From positions 13,330,001 through 13,394,000 of the forward strand of contig OX597839.1 of assembly GCA_951406725.2 (NCBI GenBank): a DNA stretch of 64,000 nt, given 5' to 3'. Source of the DNA: Octopus vulgaris (Eukaryota). A program made the translations under genes and the position numbers. Positions 26,270 through 40,886 of this stretch are shown in pieces (position 1 is the first letter of the stretch; each line of letters opens with the position of its first letter). A model generated the notes under the pieces. That model was not told the origin of the DNA. It did no database searches and was given only the letters and a program-made list of their open reading frames with translations.

Positions 26270-26313
26270 CTTTTTACAACATTTGAAGATAAACATTTCC
26301 ATATTTGTGCCAT
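26270..26313 (-). CDS. Candidate first coding exon (MAQIWKCLSSNVVKR)
   Basis: ATG at 26313, donor AG|gtgact, phase 2 matches the microexon; in-frame stop upstream; no homology evidence. Confidence 0.33.
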
Positions 26314-26651
26314 ATCGGAAGAGAGGGGACAGGACTGTGTCTTTGTAACCTGGATGGTGAAATCGGTGATGGCGTGTGGGGATCCAACCCCCACATTCAC
26401 ACAGCCACTGAATGGTCGCAGTACACGTGAGGTGGGCCCTTAAAAATGAGCCCTTAGAGACATGCAAAGGTCCACTAAACTGGAATGTTGTGCTGATAAT
26501 AATATTAAAAATGGGTCTCTCTCCTTGCACATACATACATGCAAAGATACATATATGTATGTGTGACTATCTCTATCTATCTATCTATATGTGTGTGTAT
26601 ATGTGTGTGTGTTTGTATGTGTATATGTGTGTGTGTTTGTATGTATATATA

Positions 26652-26704
<53 letters not shown>

Positions 26705-26856
26705 AATAATAATAAAGGGTAAAATTAATTAATTAGTAATTAATAATTTTACCAAGCAGTATTCAGTATGTAAAAAGGACCATTTATGGTAAACTTAAAC
26801 ATTACTTTATATAATTAGGGTTCAGCAAAAAAATTTGCTTTGCCACATACCGAACT

Positions 26857-26888
<32 letters not shown>

Positions 26889-27161
26889 TTTATGTTGAGA
26901 TTATAATAAAAAAATAATTTTCTATTAAACCGACAGATTACTCATCACTTTCTGTAAAGTACAATTTATTGTGCTTTTAAAAGAAGAGTGATAACAGTAA
27001 GCTCAAAGTTTTGGCCTGGTGGCCATATATACATATATATATTGTCCCTTCATAAGCAACAGTTTTGTGAATATATTTGATCATGAAATTCAGTGTTACA
27101 GAGTTGTTTAATCACTGATTTCCATGAAACTGAATCAAAATAAAGAGTAGTTTCAGAACCA

Positions 27162-27223
<62 letters not shown>

Positions 27224-27432
27224 GCATACATATATATACAAAATTTATAGGAATGACCACTAATAGTGGACAGCCTGTATGCTAGAAATAGACGCCAAAC
27301 TCGCCATTTACCACGAAGAATGTGTTCTCAAGAAAATGTATAAAAATTTTTAATCTTTGGATTAAAAAAAAAAATATGCTAGGCCACTGGTTTTAATTGC
27401 TTAATATCAATTTCTACCCTTATTTGATTTTT

Positions 27433-27484
<52 letters not shown>

Positions 27485-27672
27485 TTTTCTTACACTCTCT
27501 TTCTATATTGAATACATTTTCCTTTTGGTGCAAACAGAAACATTGTGTGTGTGTGTGTAGTAGTAGTAGTAGTAGTTATGTCCTGATATGTGTTTATATA
27601 ATATATGCCTGTAGTTAGGTTGTGATACATGTGTGTGATATATATGTGGTTATGTTGTGGTGTATTGATGTG

Positions 27673-27732
<60 letters not shown>

Positions 27733-28164
27733 CGTAGTTATTTAGTGTGTCTCCTACTATGTGTTTGTGTGTGTAGTCTTCAACTTTTCCTATCCTAAAG
27801 GGATTTCCAGCCCAGTATTTACATGCTTGTGTTTATAGCTTTGTTATCTGCTCTTAGATCTATTGTTCCAAAAACATTTTTTCTTCACATTGTCTGAAAA
27901 GTTTATAAATTCTTATAACTTTTCTCCCTCTCTCTCCCTCCCACTCCTCTCACTCTCCTTCCTTATCCCTGTGTGTGTGTGTGTGTCTGTCTGTCTGTCT
28001 ATCTGTCTGCAGGAGAAATAGAAATAAAAAAAAAATCCTTGATACTGTTGCATATATTTGAAAAACTCTACAAACATCTAACAATTTGCAAGCATCTATT
28101 CATTAAAGTAATTAAAGCGATAAATAATTACCAGAAAAATCATTCATATTTATTATTTTCTTTT

Positions 28165-28578
28165 TGGCTGTGTGGTAAGTAGCTTGCTTACCAACCACAT
28201 GGTTCCGGGTTCAGTCCCACTGCGTGGCACCTTGGGCAAGTGTCTTCTACTATAGCCTCGGGCCGACCAAAGCCTTGTGAGTGGATCTGGTAGACAGAAA
28301 CTGAAAGAAGCCTGTCGTGTATATGTTTATATATATATATATATATGTGTGTGTGTGGGGGTGGGTGTGTATGTTTGTATGTCTGTGTTTGTCCCCCCCC
28401 AACATTACTTGACAACCGATGCTGGTGTGTTTACATCCCCGTAACTTAGCAGTTCGGCAAAAGAGACCGATAGAATAAGTACTAGGCTTACAAAGAATAA
28501 GTCCCGGGGTCGATTTGCTTGACTAGAAGCGGTGCACCAGCATGGCCACAGTCAAATGACTGAAACAAGTAAAAGAGT
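28165..28578 (+). mobile_element. SINE family A (further copies 33352-33745+, 41497-41860+, 45692-46062+, 50606-51014-, 55285-55676+, 56386-57132+, 57878-58151-)
   Basis: tRNA-like head tggctgtgtggtaag...ggttcagtccc, central TA/TG tract, conserved tail. Confidence 0.85.
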
Positions 28579-29146
28579 ATACACGTGCTCACACACACTA
28601 CACACTGTTGTTTAAAACTCTCTTAAATCAAATCTAAGTGCTATGGCTCTAATGTAAATATCTACATCCTGTTATAAAACAGGAAAGAAAATTGTGTACC
28701 CAACACTAACGCAGACTACAATACAGTTTAGAGAATATATATAACTAATTGTTTAATAAAGTAATTAAGGTGCAAGTATGTGTGATGTAACAAACAGTAC
28801 AATATTGTATATGTAATCCAACAGGTATGGGTATATGTAATCCAAGAGGTATATAAATATAATCCAGCAGATACGTTTACTTAATCCAACAGGTGTATGT
28901 ACACAATACAAGTGTGTGTGTATGGATGTATATATATATATATGTATGTATCAGTTCAGTTAGTTTAGATATGCAATCCAACTGGTACATATATGTGTGT
29001 GTGTGTGTGTGTGTGTTTGGAATGAAAAGCAGAAAATTCACAATTATTTCATTATTCACAATTATTTCATGGATGTATATTTTGATGTTTATACATCAAT
29101 TCTCTGTCTCCACCTCTGGGTCTCTCTCTCTGTATGTGTGTGTGTG

Positions 29147-29177
<31 letters not shown>

Positions 29178-29193
29178 ATGTATATTGTATATG

Positions 29194-29233
<40 letters not shown>

Positions 29234-29761
29234 TGTATATGTCTCTCTCTCTATATATATGTATAATCCAATATGTAATCCAATAGGTGTAAGCCCACAC
29301 TTCCGGATGTTGTAGATGATGAGTCACAGATCTACCTGTAGAAGGTGTTACATCATTTTGTAATCATTAGATTTTTAAGATGTATCATATGCACTATGAC
29401 ACCATGAGTTCAAATCACACCTAGATGAACTCTGTGTTTTATCCTTCCTGTGTAAAATTAATTACCGCTCATATCCTGGGGTCAATTAATTCAGCTCAAC
29501 CTTTCTCCCACGTGACATCTTTGTTAGAAATTATTACTATTGTGGAGTTCTGTTATTTTCATTAGTGATGTACTTTTGTGGTTGTAGTTTTATTGATGTT
29601 GGTGATGTGGTTGTGGTGGTGTTGTAATGTGGTGGTGGTGGCGGTGCTAGTGGCTGCATTTGTATGTTGCTTGTAAATCATACAGAACTAGTTAATGTGC
29701 ACTCAATTAAATATTAAAGGACCTACATACACACACACATATATAAGCACACATACATGCA

Positions 29762-29801
<40 letters not shown>

Positions 29802-29805
<4 letters not shown>

Positions 29806-30020
29806 GGATGGCGGAAAAGTTCCTGGCTTTAAGTGTATTGTGAAATGCCCAGTTGGAGCCCCAATCTTCCACGTTCTTTTACAGGGCTTAGAAAAAAAGA
29901 AGGCCCACTGCATTAAATGTGTGAATCCGAGAGACGAAAAGGTTGAATAAAGTCATAATTAACTGATCCTCCTGTATTCTCTTTTATTCAAAGCCAGGAA
30001 CTTTTCAACACCCCCTCAGG
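29802..30020 (+). mobile_element. Mariner-derived MITE / deletion derivative
   Basis: TIRs gaggg...gaaaagttcctggcttt / aaagccaggaacttttc...ccctc; residual C-terminus HCIKCVNPRDEKVE*. Confidence 0.75.
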
Positions 30021-31499
30021 TATACACTCACACACAAGTTTGTGTGTGTATGTATGTATGTATGTATAATGAGTATTAGTAAGTATATCATATATATAGA
30101 TCATATACATGTAGTATGTTTATACGGTGTCTGTATTTATATACAGATTGTGGTATGTATTGCTTAGCATATATAATATATATGAATGCGACATGTCTAT
30201 TTGGAGGGTGTTTATTTTGTATTATACACTCATACATGACACAGTATACATGGCGTCTCTATATAGTGTGTATTATTGTGTATAGTAGGGACAACAAAGT
30301 GTGTTATGATAATCCCTTCAGAGTAGATTAGAGACAGAGAGATGGGGAGTGGAGGAGAACAGAGAGACAGACAGAGAGAGAAGGAGAAAGAGGGAGATAC
30401 AGAGGAAATAGGGAAAGGCTCAAAGAGAGAGTGTGTGTGTGTGTGACAAAGGGAATAGGAACAGAGAAAGCGAGAGAAAGAGAAAGGATTAAGAAACAGG
30501 GTGACAATATGAAGCTGACAAGGATTTAAGAGCAAAAAAAAAAAATATATATGTATATGAAATAAAATTTAAAAATTTGTGAATATGTAAGGATTAGATA
30601 AGAAGATGAGGGTTTGGTGGAGCCAAGCTTAGGATGAGAAAGGAAGAAGAATTTGGCTGTAAACAAAGCAACTTATTCCAGGGTTTGCTTCACTGTCACA
30701 GATTGTCTCAGAAAATGGTAAAGTTTCATGTTTATCCTTAACGAAAATAATCTTTAAATTTTGTGTTGATAAATTGTTTCTAAGTCTTCACAATGGAAAA
30801 AAATTTCACAAAATTAATTTCAAATTTACAAAATGCTTTTCTCTTTCTCTGCACGCATGCTTGTGTGTATATAGATAGATAGATACACATACATGTATGC
30901 TCGTACATATATATACTTATAGTTATATACATATATAGACATATAGTAAAATATGAACTATATATACTAACACCAACCTTTATTTACATATATATATATG
31001 CACATGCACGCACACACACATATATATACACAAACACGTTTATATGTGCATGCATATATATATATATATATATATATATACGTAAATATATATAAATATA
31101 TATCTATATTTATACACATTAATGAATGTACACATATACATACATTTACACATATGTACATAAATATATACCTGCAGATATAGATATCTAATATATATTT
31201 ATATGATGATGATAATGATGATTTATATATAAGGCGGTGAGTTGGCAGAAATGTTAGCATGCCGGGCAAAATGCTTAGCAGTATTTCATCTGTCTTGTGT
31301 TCTGAGTTCAAATTCTGCTGAGGTCGACTTTGCCTTTCATTCTTTCAGGGTCAATAAATTAAGTACCAGTTGCGCATTGGGGTCAATCTAATCGACTGGC
31401 CTCCCTTCCCACAAATTTCGGGCCTTGTGCCTTGAGTAGAAAAGAATATATATATTTATATATATATATACATCTATATATAGAGAGGGAGTTCACTTG

Positions 31500-33340
31500 C
31501 AAACAACATGTAGGTGCAAGTGCAACAGATAATAGCTGTGATTCTAGTAGGTTTATAGGATCATGAGGAGATGTGCACCATTTCAGGGCATTCCTATCAA
31601 CAGCTTTATTGCACACCAGTCCCCTCTACTGATGTGAGATCCCACTTGACCGCTTAATCAACTGTTTGCCAGCCTTGAATCTACTGAGAAAAAAACTACT
31701 TACCATCTTCTTTTAACCAAATCCAATTGTTTGCCTTCTCAACTCTCACTTAGGTATCTTTCATGATGGCATTAGTTTTGCAATGAGTCACTTCTAATGA
31801 CACTCATCACCATCTCATACTATTTCCTATAAATCCTCTATGGCCAATTTTGTTTGAATAATGTATCACCTTCCAACTAGCATCCTCACAATCTTCAAGA
31901 AGCACATCCTATTTCTCTTTCCAAGTCTGAGCAGTGTTGATGCTATCTCTAAGGGCACCTTTATTTCAATGAGATTTCTTCTCTTCATTTCTACACATTA
32001 TTTACTCTCGGAGTGGTTGGCGTTAGGAAGGGCACCCAGCTGTAGAAATTCTGCCAAATCAAGATTGGAGCCTGGTGCAGCCATCTGGTTCGCCGGCCTT
32101 CAGTCAAAATCGTCCAACCCATGCTAGCATGGAAAGCAGACGTTAAACGATGATGATTTACTACATCTAGTTTCTTCTGAACTAGTATGGGCAAGCATCT
32201 TTCCCATCCTAGGAAATCTGCAACTTCTTCCAAAATATTGTTCCAATTTTCATCTTTGGTAGGAACTTCTTTCTTCTTCACATGGATTTCTGCTCCTAGA
32301 CAGATGACAGTGATAAAATCTCAGACAGTTTTCCTCAGTGCATTCTTATCAGTGTTAAGTTCTTTACATTATTAGAGAGAGCCCTGGGAACTAAATTATG
32401 TCTCCAAGTACATTTGTGTAGCACCAGTAAAGACTTGGAAAAAATGTTTGTGTTCCTACCTACCCACATCTGCATGTAATACCTTTCATCATACTAGGTT
32501 TGTAGGAGAAGGCGGCAAGCTGGCAGAAACGTTAGCACGCCGGGCGAAATGCTTAGCAGTATTTCGTCTGCCATTACGTTCTGAGTTCAAATTCCACCGA
32601 GGTTGACTTTGCCTTTCATCATTTCGGGGTCGATTAAATAAGTACCAGTTACGCACTGGGGTTCGATATAATCGACTTAATCCATTTGTCTGTTCTTGTT
32701 TGTCCTCTCTGTGTTTAGCCCCTTGTGGGTAGTAAAGAAATAGGTATTTCGTCTGCCGTTACGTTCTGAGTTCCAATTCCACGGAGGTCAACTTTGCCTT
32801 TCATATACTAATAGTGGCCATGAAAGACATGGCTATAGACACCTTCTTTTACACTTGCCTGGTAGTTTTGAACCATCAATAACCATTAATCCATCATAGC
32901 TTGCTTCATAATTTCCATCCCATAGCTCCTATCTGATAACACTCCGGAATGTCCTTGCCCCAAGCTCTTAACAGGTTCCTCCTTGACTGTTGCAATACTC
33001 TTTCCTGCTATTATAATTTTTACTTCATTCTGCACATCATTCATAAATGTCAAACTGAGTGAAGCTTTGGCTTTGAACTGCAACCTTGAACACATTATCA
33101 GCTCATCTAACCTCGAAAGAACATTTTGCATAATCTGCTGATCTAAAGATAAAAGGGTCTAGTTATCTGTAAATGCTTTTTTTGGTGATTGTATCATGGC
33201 TATTTTTTCATGAATAGTCTCTCCTTTTCAATACCATTTTCATGACCAGAATATAATATGCAGCAGATATTGAGAAGCCCATGGCAATGCTGATCTCTAA
33301 GTGGTGCTAGTTTGTTGTGAGGTTGCCATGTCATCTTAAA
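31500..33340 (-). mobile_element. Degraded Hero/NeSL-like non-LTR retrotransposon, interrupted by SINEs
   Basis: LDELIMCSRLQFKAKASLSL...IATVKEEPVKSLG resembles the RT C-terminal region of RLE-type elements; many stop codons. Confidence 0.5.
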
Positions 33341-34916
33341 ATTTCTATTAGTAGGTGTAGGAGTGGCTGTGTGGTAAGTAGCTTGCTTACCAACAACATG
33401 GTTCCAGGTTCAGTCCCACTGCATGGCACCTTGGGCAAGTGTCATCTACTAGAGCCTTGGGCCGACCAAAGCCTTGTGAGTGGATTTGGTAGACGGAAAC
33501 TGAAACAAGCCTGTCATATATATATGTATGTGTGTGTATATGTTTGTGTGTCTGTGTTTGTCCCCCTAACATCACTTGACAACTGATGCTGGTGTGTTTA
33601 AGTCCCCATAACTTAGCGGTTCGGCAAAAGAGACAGATAGAATAAGTACTAGGTTTCCAAAGAATAAGTCCTGGGTTTTATTTGCTCGACTAAAGGCGGT
33701 ACTCTAGCATGGCCTCAGTCAAATGACTGAAACGAGTAAAGGAGTATTCTATGTACTCACATACACATTATGTAGGTAGGGTAAAATCCAAGCTGTGTTC
33801 TCTTGAAGCACATCTGCTTATTTCAGTATTGCAATTCAGCATGTAGTGGTGGTCATTGTTATAATTGATATAAAGTACATAGAGTTGAAAATTCTAGAAA
33901 TATATAAATATATATGATGAGCTTCTTTCAGTTTCCTTCTACCAAATCCACTCACAAAGCTTTGGTCAGCCTGAAGCTATAACAGAAGACACTTATCCAA
34001 GGCGCCATGCAGTGAGACTGAACCTGGAACCAAGTGGTTGGGAAGCAAACTTCTTTATTTCATTAAATTTGCCACAAGGGCAGCACACAGAGAGAAGCTT
34101 GCGGGCTGGACACAGACATTAATGGGATGAATGATAATGATACAAGGATGATAAGGATGGGAGAAGATGAAAAGCGCCCACCGACTTTCGCTTCTCTAAA
34201 ACATTGTTCTTTTTTTCTTTTTTTTTTTTTCTTAAGCACAATGAGGCGATAAACCTCGTCTTTTTTTCAAGTCGATTATATCGACCCCAGTGTGTAACTG
34301 GTACTTAATTTATCAACCCCGAAAGGATGAAAGGCAAAGTCGACCTCGGCGGAATTTGAACTCAGAACGTAAAGACAGACAAAATGCCGTTAAGCATTTT
34401 CCCTCGGTGTGCTAACAAATGATTTTCTTTCTTACAGTTTCTCCCAACCATATTCACTCACAAGGCTTTGGTTGGCCTGGGGCTACAGTAGAAGACACTT
34501 GCCTAAGGTGACACGCAGTAGGATTGAACTCAAGATCACACAGATAAGCAACCAACTTCTTAATCACAGTCACATCTGGACATTTATGATATAACAACTG
34601 GGGCAGCTGTCCGGTATGACATGTCTTTGTTTGAATATGATGTAATGGCAAATGTTCAAGGAGAGAAAGAGAGAGACAGACAGAAAGAGAGAGAAAGAGA
34701 AAGCTGTTAGGAGAGAGACAGAGAAACAGAACTGTCATCTTTAGCTATAACGACAGCAACTATCATATATTTATGATGTTAATATAAGGTTTTAGTAGCT
34801 CTGTGAAAATGTCCTCAGGGTCTTTGTGTTTGCTTCTCTCCTGCCCTCACCTTATTCTAACACTTATCTATGTCTTTGAGAATTAATCTTCTTAGTATTA
34901 TGAGGATGAACACACA

Positions 34917-35520
34917 TTCATACATACATACATATATTGTATGTATGTATGTATGTATGTATGTATGTATGTATGTATTGTATGTATGTATGTATGCATG
35001 CATGTATATATGTATACATACATACATACATATATACATGCATGCATACATACATATATACATTCATGCATACATAAATGCATGCATACATACATACATA
35101 CATACATTCATACATGCATATATACATGCATGCATACATATATACATGCATGCATGCATACATGCATATATACATATATACATGAATGCATACATCTATA
35201 CATGCATGCATACATACATACATATATACATGCATACATACATACATGCATTCATACATATATACATACATACAATATATGTACATGCATGTACTATAAA
35301 TTTACTTTTATACATGAATATATGCAAACACAAAACACAGTCATACACCTGCACCAATATACAGGCATGTATACATATACACACATAGAAATACACACAT
35401 ATGCTTACATATATGCATATATGTATAAATATATACATATATATGTAAGCATATACACTAAGAAACACGTAAGTATATACACTCATGTAGCATATACACT
35501 CAGACACACACAACTATATA
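34917..35520. repeat. (TATG)n/(CATA/CATG)n low-complexity tract
   Basis: Directly visible. Confidence 0.9.
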
Positions 35521-37039
35521 CATGCTAATTGCACAGGTGTACAAACAATGGTTTCGAACTTCTCAATAATATTAAAGTAAATAAATCTAAACAAATTTAG
35601 CTTTATTGATTATTTGCAATATATATATTTGTGTGTGTGTGTGTGTGTAATATTTGTTAGATAGATAGATTTATATACTCATACACACACATACGTGTGT
35701 GCGTGTGTGTGTGTAATATTTGTCTGATAGATTTATATGCTCATACACACACATACATGCATGTGCATGTATGTATCTGTGTGTGTGTGTATGTGTGTGT
35801 AAGTTGGATAGTTAGTTAACTTAATTTCATTGGCTGTTTGGTTTACTCATCTCTGTGCTGTTGTTTCCTTTTCCTGAGTGTGTATCCCTGCATGCATGTG
35901 TGTGTGTGTGTTTGTATATATGTGTATGTGTAAGTATGTGACTATTTGTGAGTGTAATTGAATTTATGTGAGTATATCTCAGTGTATATGTGATTGAGTA
36001 ATTTGTTGTTTAATGAGTCACAGACACAAACATGCTATACACATACTGAAATATATACACAAATACACCCACAAATCCATAGACAAATACACACACACAC
36101 ACTTGTAATTTTGTTTATGTCAACATAAAAAATCATTCAAGAAAACGTTATCTATTGTTGAAATCAACAGAACATGTCATTAGATATGTAATTGTCGGTG
36201 ATTCAGTTGTGTTTGTTAGACTACGTAGAGTGTCTCAAGTGCTTTTGTTCAGACTAGCATCAGCTGGAGTATCTGCTCAACTAAAAAAAAAAAAGGTGTT
36301 GATGAGGTACATAAATGCTTGATAGAGATGTATTGCTGTTGTTTAGCCCTGAGTCAGTCTTGATTAAGCTGACTTAAGACCAATGACTGTTAAGCCAAGA
36401 GTTTCCTCCCAATTTCCCAAATAGTCCAAATGTATCTAAGGCTACACTATCCAATTTGTTCTGTTTTTACTTTTTTTTTTTTCTTAAGATGGCAGGAAAT
36501 AAACTGAACGAGACTGTTTGTTGTTTGCTGTAGACCTAGTGATCAATGTCCATCCTCTCTCATGTTTATCATTGGTCACCCTACCCCCACCCTTGCTCCC
36601 CATTCTCTATATTTACCCCTATCCCACATTGCTCCAGTCCATGCAGCTGGCAAACCTAAGTAACCCTGTGACAGACCAGCATCCTGTTCTGGAGGAGAAT
36701 GTATATGCCACTGAAACCTGCAAACTGGCCCTTATGAGTAGGCATGACTCAATAAGGTAATCTTTATCTTTGCCCTTACTACACACACACTCTCATTCAG
36801 GGTGTGCTCTTTGATCACCTGAGTTACATGGCGACCTCACTGGTGCAGGTGCCACACAAAAACAATTTCAGTACCCTCAAGATTGGAAAGAGTATCCAGC
36901 AATAGACACCATACCAAAACTGAGACATTGTCCTCTGAATTTTTGGATCCTGCTAAAGCTGTTCCACCCATGCCAGCCAGCATGGAAGGCAGACATGAAA
37001 TGATGAGGATGTGAGGCTGATGGTTATGATGATGGCATA

Positions 37040-37080
<41 letters not shown>

Positions 37081-37679
37081 ATGCGTATGCTTTTAAATGT
37101 CTGCATGTCTGTCACTCTGTCTGTCTGTGTGTCTGTATGATGGATGACTGAATTGGTGTTTGTATGTATGGCATGTATGTATGTATGTATGTATGTAGTT
37201 AGGCATGCATAGATAGATAGACAGATAGATAAATAGATTGATAGATAGAAAGAGAGACAGACAGTCAGACAGACAGACAGATAGATAGAGAGAAATAGGG
37301 TTAGAAAGACAGATAGAGAGGCAGATAGATGGATAGGGTTAGATAGAGAAAGAGATAAGGATAAAGAGATAGGCATGGATAGTAAGGGAGACAGTCAAAA
37401 AGATCACATACATACATTTCCTTTTGTCGTGTATGTTTCCCATATGATATTTGCAGGAGCCTTTTGGGTTTGTGACATAAGTCAGGGAGAGGGGAATGGT
37501 CAGAAACCGTCCTAACTCTTTAGGGAACTTGAGGAATGGTCAGATGTAGTCTATTCTAAATCCCACCCCAGGGAAGGAAAGGGTGTGGTCAGTCTCAGAA
37601 TCCGCTCTAAAACCTTGGAGACAAACTGTGTTTAACCACTTCAAGAGTGGAAGTAGAAAACAAAGGAAATGGACGCTGC

Positions 37680-39300
37680 TACCACCACATCTGACAACAA
37701 TAACAGCAACACCACTGTCAACACTATCATGACCACCACCAACAACAATAACAACAACACCACGACCACCACCACCAAGAACAACAATAACACTACACCA
37801 ACAACAACACCACCAACAACAATACCACAACCAACAACAACCACAATAACACCACTACTACAACCACCACTACCACCACCAACAGCAACAACAATAATAC
37901 CACTACCACAACCACCACTAACAATAACACTACTACCATGACCACCACTAACAATAACACCACTACTACAACCACCACCACCACCAACAACAACAACAGC
38001 GACAATAATACCACTACCACCACTGATAACACCACTACCAACAATAACACCTCTACCATGAATACCATCACCAGCACGACAACCACCACCACCACAGATA
38101 ACACCACCACCAACAACAACAACAACACCACCACCAACAGCAACCTCTACCAAAAAACACCACCAATACAGACAACACCACTAACCACCTCTCTCATCTT
38201 CACTACTCCCATCACTAACATCCTCACCATTACACCATCACCACCACTCTCATCTTCCAGTACTGTCAGTATCCACCACCACAACCATTATCACTATCCT
38301 CACCATTGCCACTACCATTTTCCCCTGTCTACTACCACCACCACCGTCACCACCACCACTACCACAACCATCATCGAAATATATTTGATTAACACCTGAG
38401 TGATGAGACTAATACCACCATCACCACCACTGCTACTACTAACACCATCAAAGCCATCACCACGACTACCACCACTATGTCCACCAACACACTGCCAACA
38501 TTACCAGCACCACTACTACCATCGCTGCTGCTACTACCACCACAGCCACCACTACTATTACCACCACCACCACCACCACCACTACAATTACTTCCTTCAT
38601 CATCTTCATCCCCCTCCACCGCAGTCATCATTACCAACTGCATTAACACCTGTACAGTCACCACCATCGCCACCACCACCATCACCACTCCTTCTCATTA
38701 CAGCCATCATCACTATCATCAGCATTATAAACAAATGTAAAAGCCCAGAACAACAACAGCAACAACACAGTCAGAGGTAAATGACACACAGCATTAGTCA
38801 CAGCCTTTAAAGAATTGTTACACCTGGTCTCCCCCCTCTCTCTCTCTCTCTGTATATAGAGCTAATCAGTGGAGAGGGTGGAGGAGGTGAGATTGGTGGT
38901 GAGGGGATAGTGATGTTCTGGATGGTGGTGGTGGTGGCGTTGGGGGTGTTGGGGATGATGATGGTAGTGGTGGCGTTGGGGATGGTGAAGGTGGTGGCGT
39001 TGGGGATGGTGAAGGTGGTGGCATTGGAGATGGTGGTGCTGGGGATAGTAATGGTGTTTGCGGTTGGGGATGGTGATGGTGGTTGGAGGATGGTGAAAGT
39101 GGTGGCGGTGCTTGGAGATGGTGATACCTGTTAATGTTGGTGAGGGCTGTAGGAGTGGTGATACTGGCTGTGATGGTAGTAGTAGTAGTAGTAGTAGTAG
39201 TGATGCTGGTCATGGTAGTGGTGGTTGTACTAATGCTGGTCATGATGATGATGTGGTGACAGTAATAGCAGCAGTGGTAGTAGTAACCACTACTACTACT
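37680..39300. repeat. Degenerate (CAA/CAC)n tract followed by an opposite-polarity (GGT/GTA)n tract
   Basis: Directly visible; strand polarity flips at ~38800-38870. Confidence 0.9.
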
Positions 39301-39598
39301 ACTGCAACCCTCGTCTATGATCGGCAGAAAGCCACATATCTTAAGGAGCGGGTTCATTAACCGACCTCGTCACCTGATTGACACTCATTAAGAGCATGGA
39401 TTGTATCATCACTCACAGCATACAATGTATTTGATTTTTACAACCACAAGCATAGTTGTGTGGCAAGAAGCTTGCTTGCAAACCACATGGTTACAAGTTC
39501 AGTCCTGTTGTACGGTACCTGGGGCATATCTTCTATTACAGCCCTAGGCCAACCAGAGTCTTGTCCATGGATTTGATAAATAGCAACTGAAAGATGCA

Positions 39599-39630
<32 letters not shown>

Positions 39631-39635
<5 letters not shown>

Positions 39636-40830
39636 CCTTCTTGTGACACTTGTGAAGACCTGTTGAGGCAAGTGAAAATCAAAATCAAAACAAATCAAAA
39701 TAGATGAACATCAATGGAATCTGTATCTTTGTGGTACCAGTGCCGGTGGCACACACTTTGTGGTACCAGTGCCGGTGGCACACTAGAGAACCATCCGAAC
39801 GTGGCTGTAGCCAGTTCCGCATCGACCGGCCTCCGTGCTGTGGGCACGTAACAAACACCATCCGATCATGGCCGTTCGCCAGCCTCATCTGGCACCTGTG
39901 TCGGTGGCACATAAAAACACCTTCCGAAGACCCGGCAAGACTAGTCAGTCCACCTGTGCATACCTTCCTTCTTGTGACACTTGTGAAGACCAGTTGAGGC
40001 AAGTGAAAATCAAATCAAATCAAAATAGACAAAATAGATGAACATCAATGGAATTTGTATCTTGTGGTACCAGTGCCTGTGGCACACAAGAAATCCATCA
40101 GTGCTGTAGTCAGTGCGGTGGGCACATGACAAACACCATCCGATCGTGGCCGTTCGCCAGCCTCATCTAGCACCTGTGTCGGTGGCACATAAAAACACCA
40201 TCCGAAGACCCGGCAAGACTAGTCAGGCCATAACCCATGGCCCCTACCTGGGACGTAGTCAGTCCACCTGTGCATACCTTCCTTCTTGTGACACTTGTGA
40301 AGACCTGTTGAGGCAAGTGAAAATCAAAACAAATCAAAATAGATGAACATCAATGGAATTTGTATCTTTGGGGTACCAGTGCCGGTGGCACGTGGCACAC
40401 AAGAAAACCATCTGAACGTGGCCGTAGCCAGTACCGCATCGACTGGCCTCCGTGCTGTGGGCACGTAACAAGCACCATCCGATCGTGGCCGTTTGCCAGC
40501 CTCATCTGGCACCTGTGTCGGTGGCACATAAAAACACCATCCGAGCGTGGCCGTCTGCCAGCCTCGTCTGGCACCTGTGTCGGTGGCACATAAAAAACAC
40601 CATCCGAGCCTGGCCGTTTGCCAGCCTCGTCTGGCACCTGTGTCGGTGGCACATAAAATCACCCACTACACTCTCGGAGTGGTTGGCGTTAGGAAGGGCA
40701 TCCAGCTGTAGAAACACTGCCAGATCTGACTGGACTGGTGCAGCTTTCGGGCTCCCCAGACCCCAGTTGAACCGTCCAACCCATGCTAGCATGGAAAGCG
40801 GACGTTAAATGATGATGATGATGATGATGA
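39631..40830 (+). mobile_element. Family D SINE with tandemly amplified internal units
   Basis: Three copies of the ccttccttcttgtgacacttgtgaagacc unit (~39632, ~39963, ~40277) plus ~60-bp subrepeats; ends gttaaatgatgatg. Confidence 0.8.
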
Positions 40831-40849
40831 TATATATATATATATATAG

Positions 40850-40886
<37 letters not shown>

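Noticed and set aside
29301-29335. Possible 35-nt minus-strand exon (acceptor ccttctacag)
   Set aside because: Weak donor, no homology and no phase-compatible upstream partner found.
39631-40660. CRISPR-like appearance of regularly spaced repeats
   Set aside because: The intervening sequences are themselves repeated, the context is eukaryotic and no cas genes are present; this is a SINE-internal tandem array.
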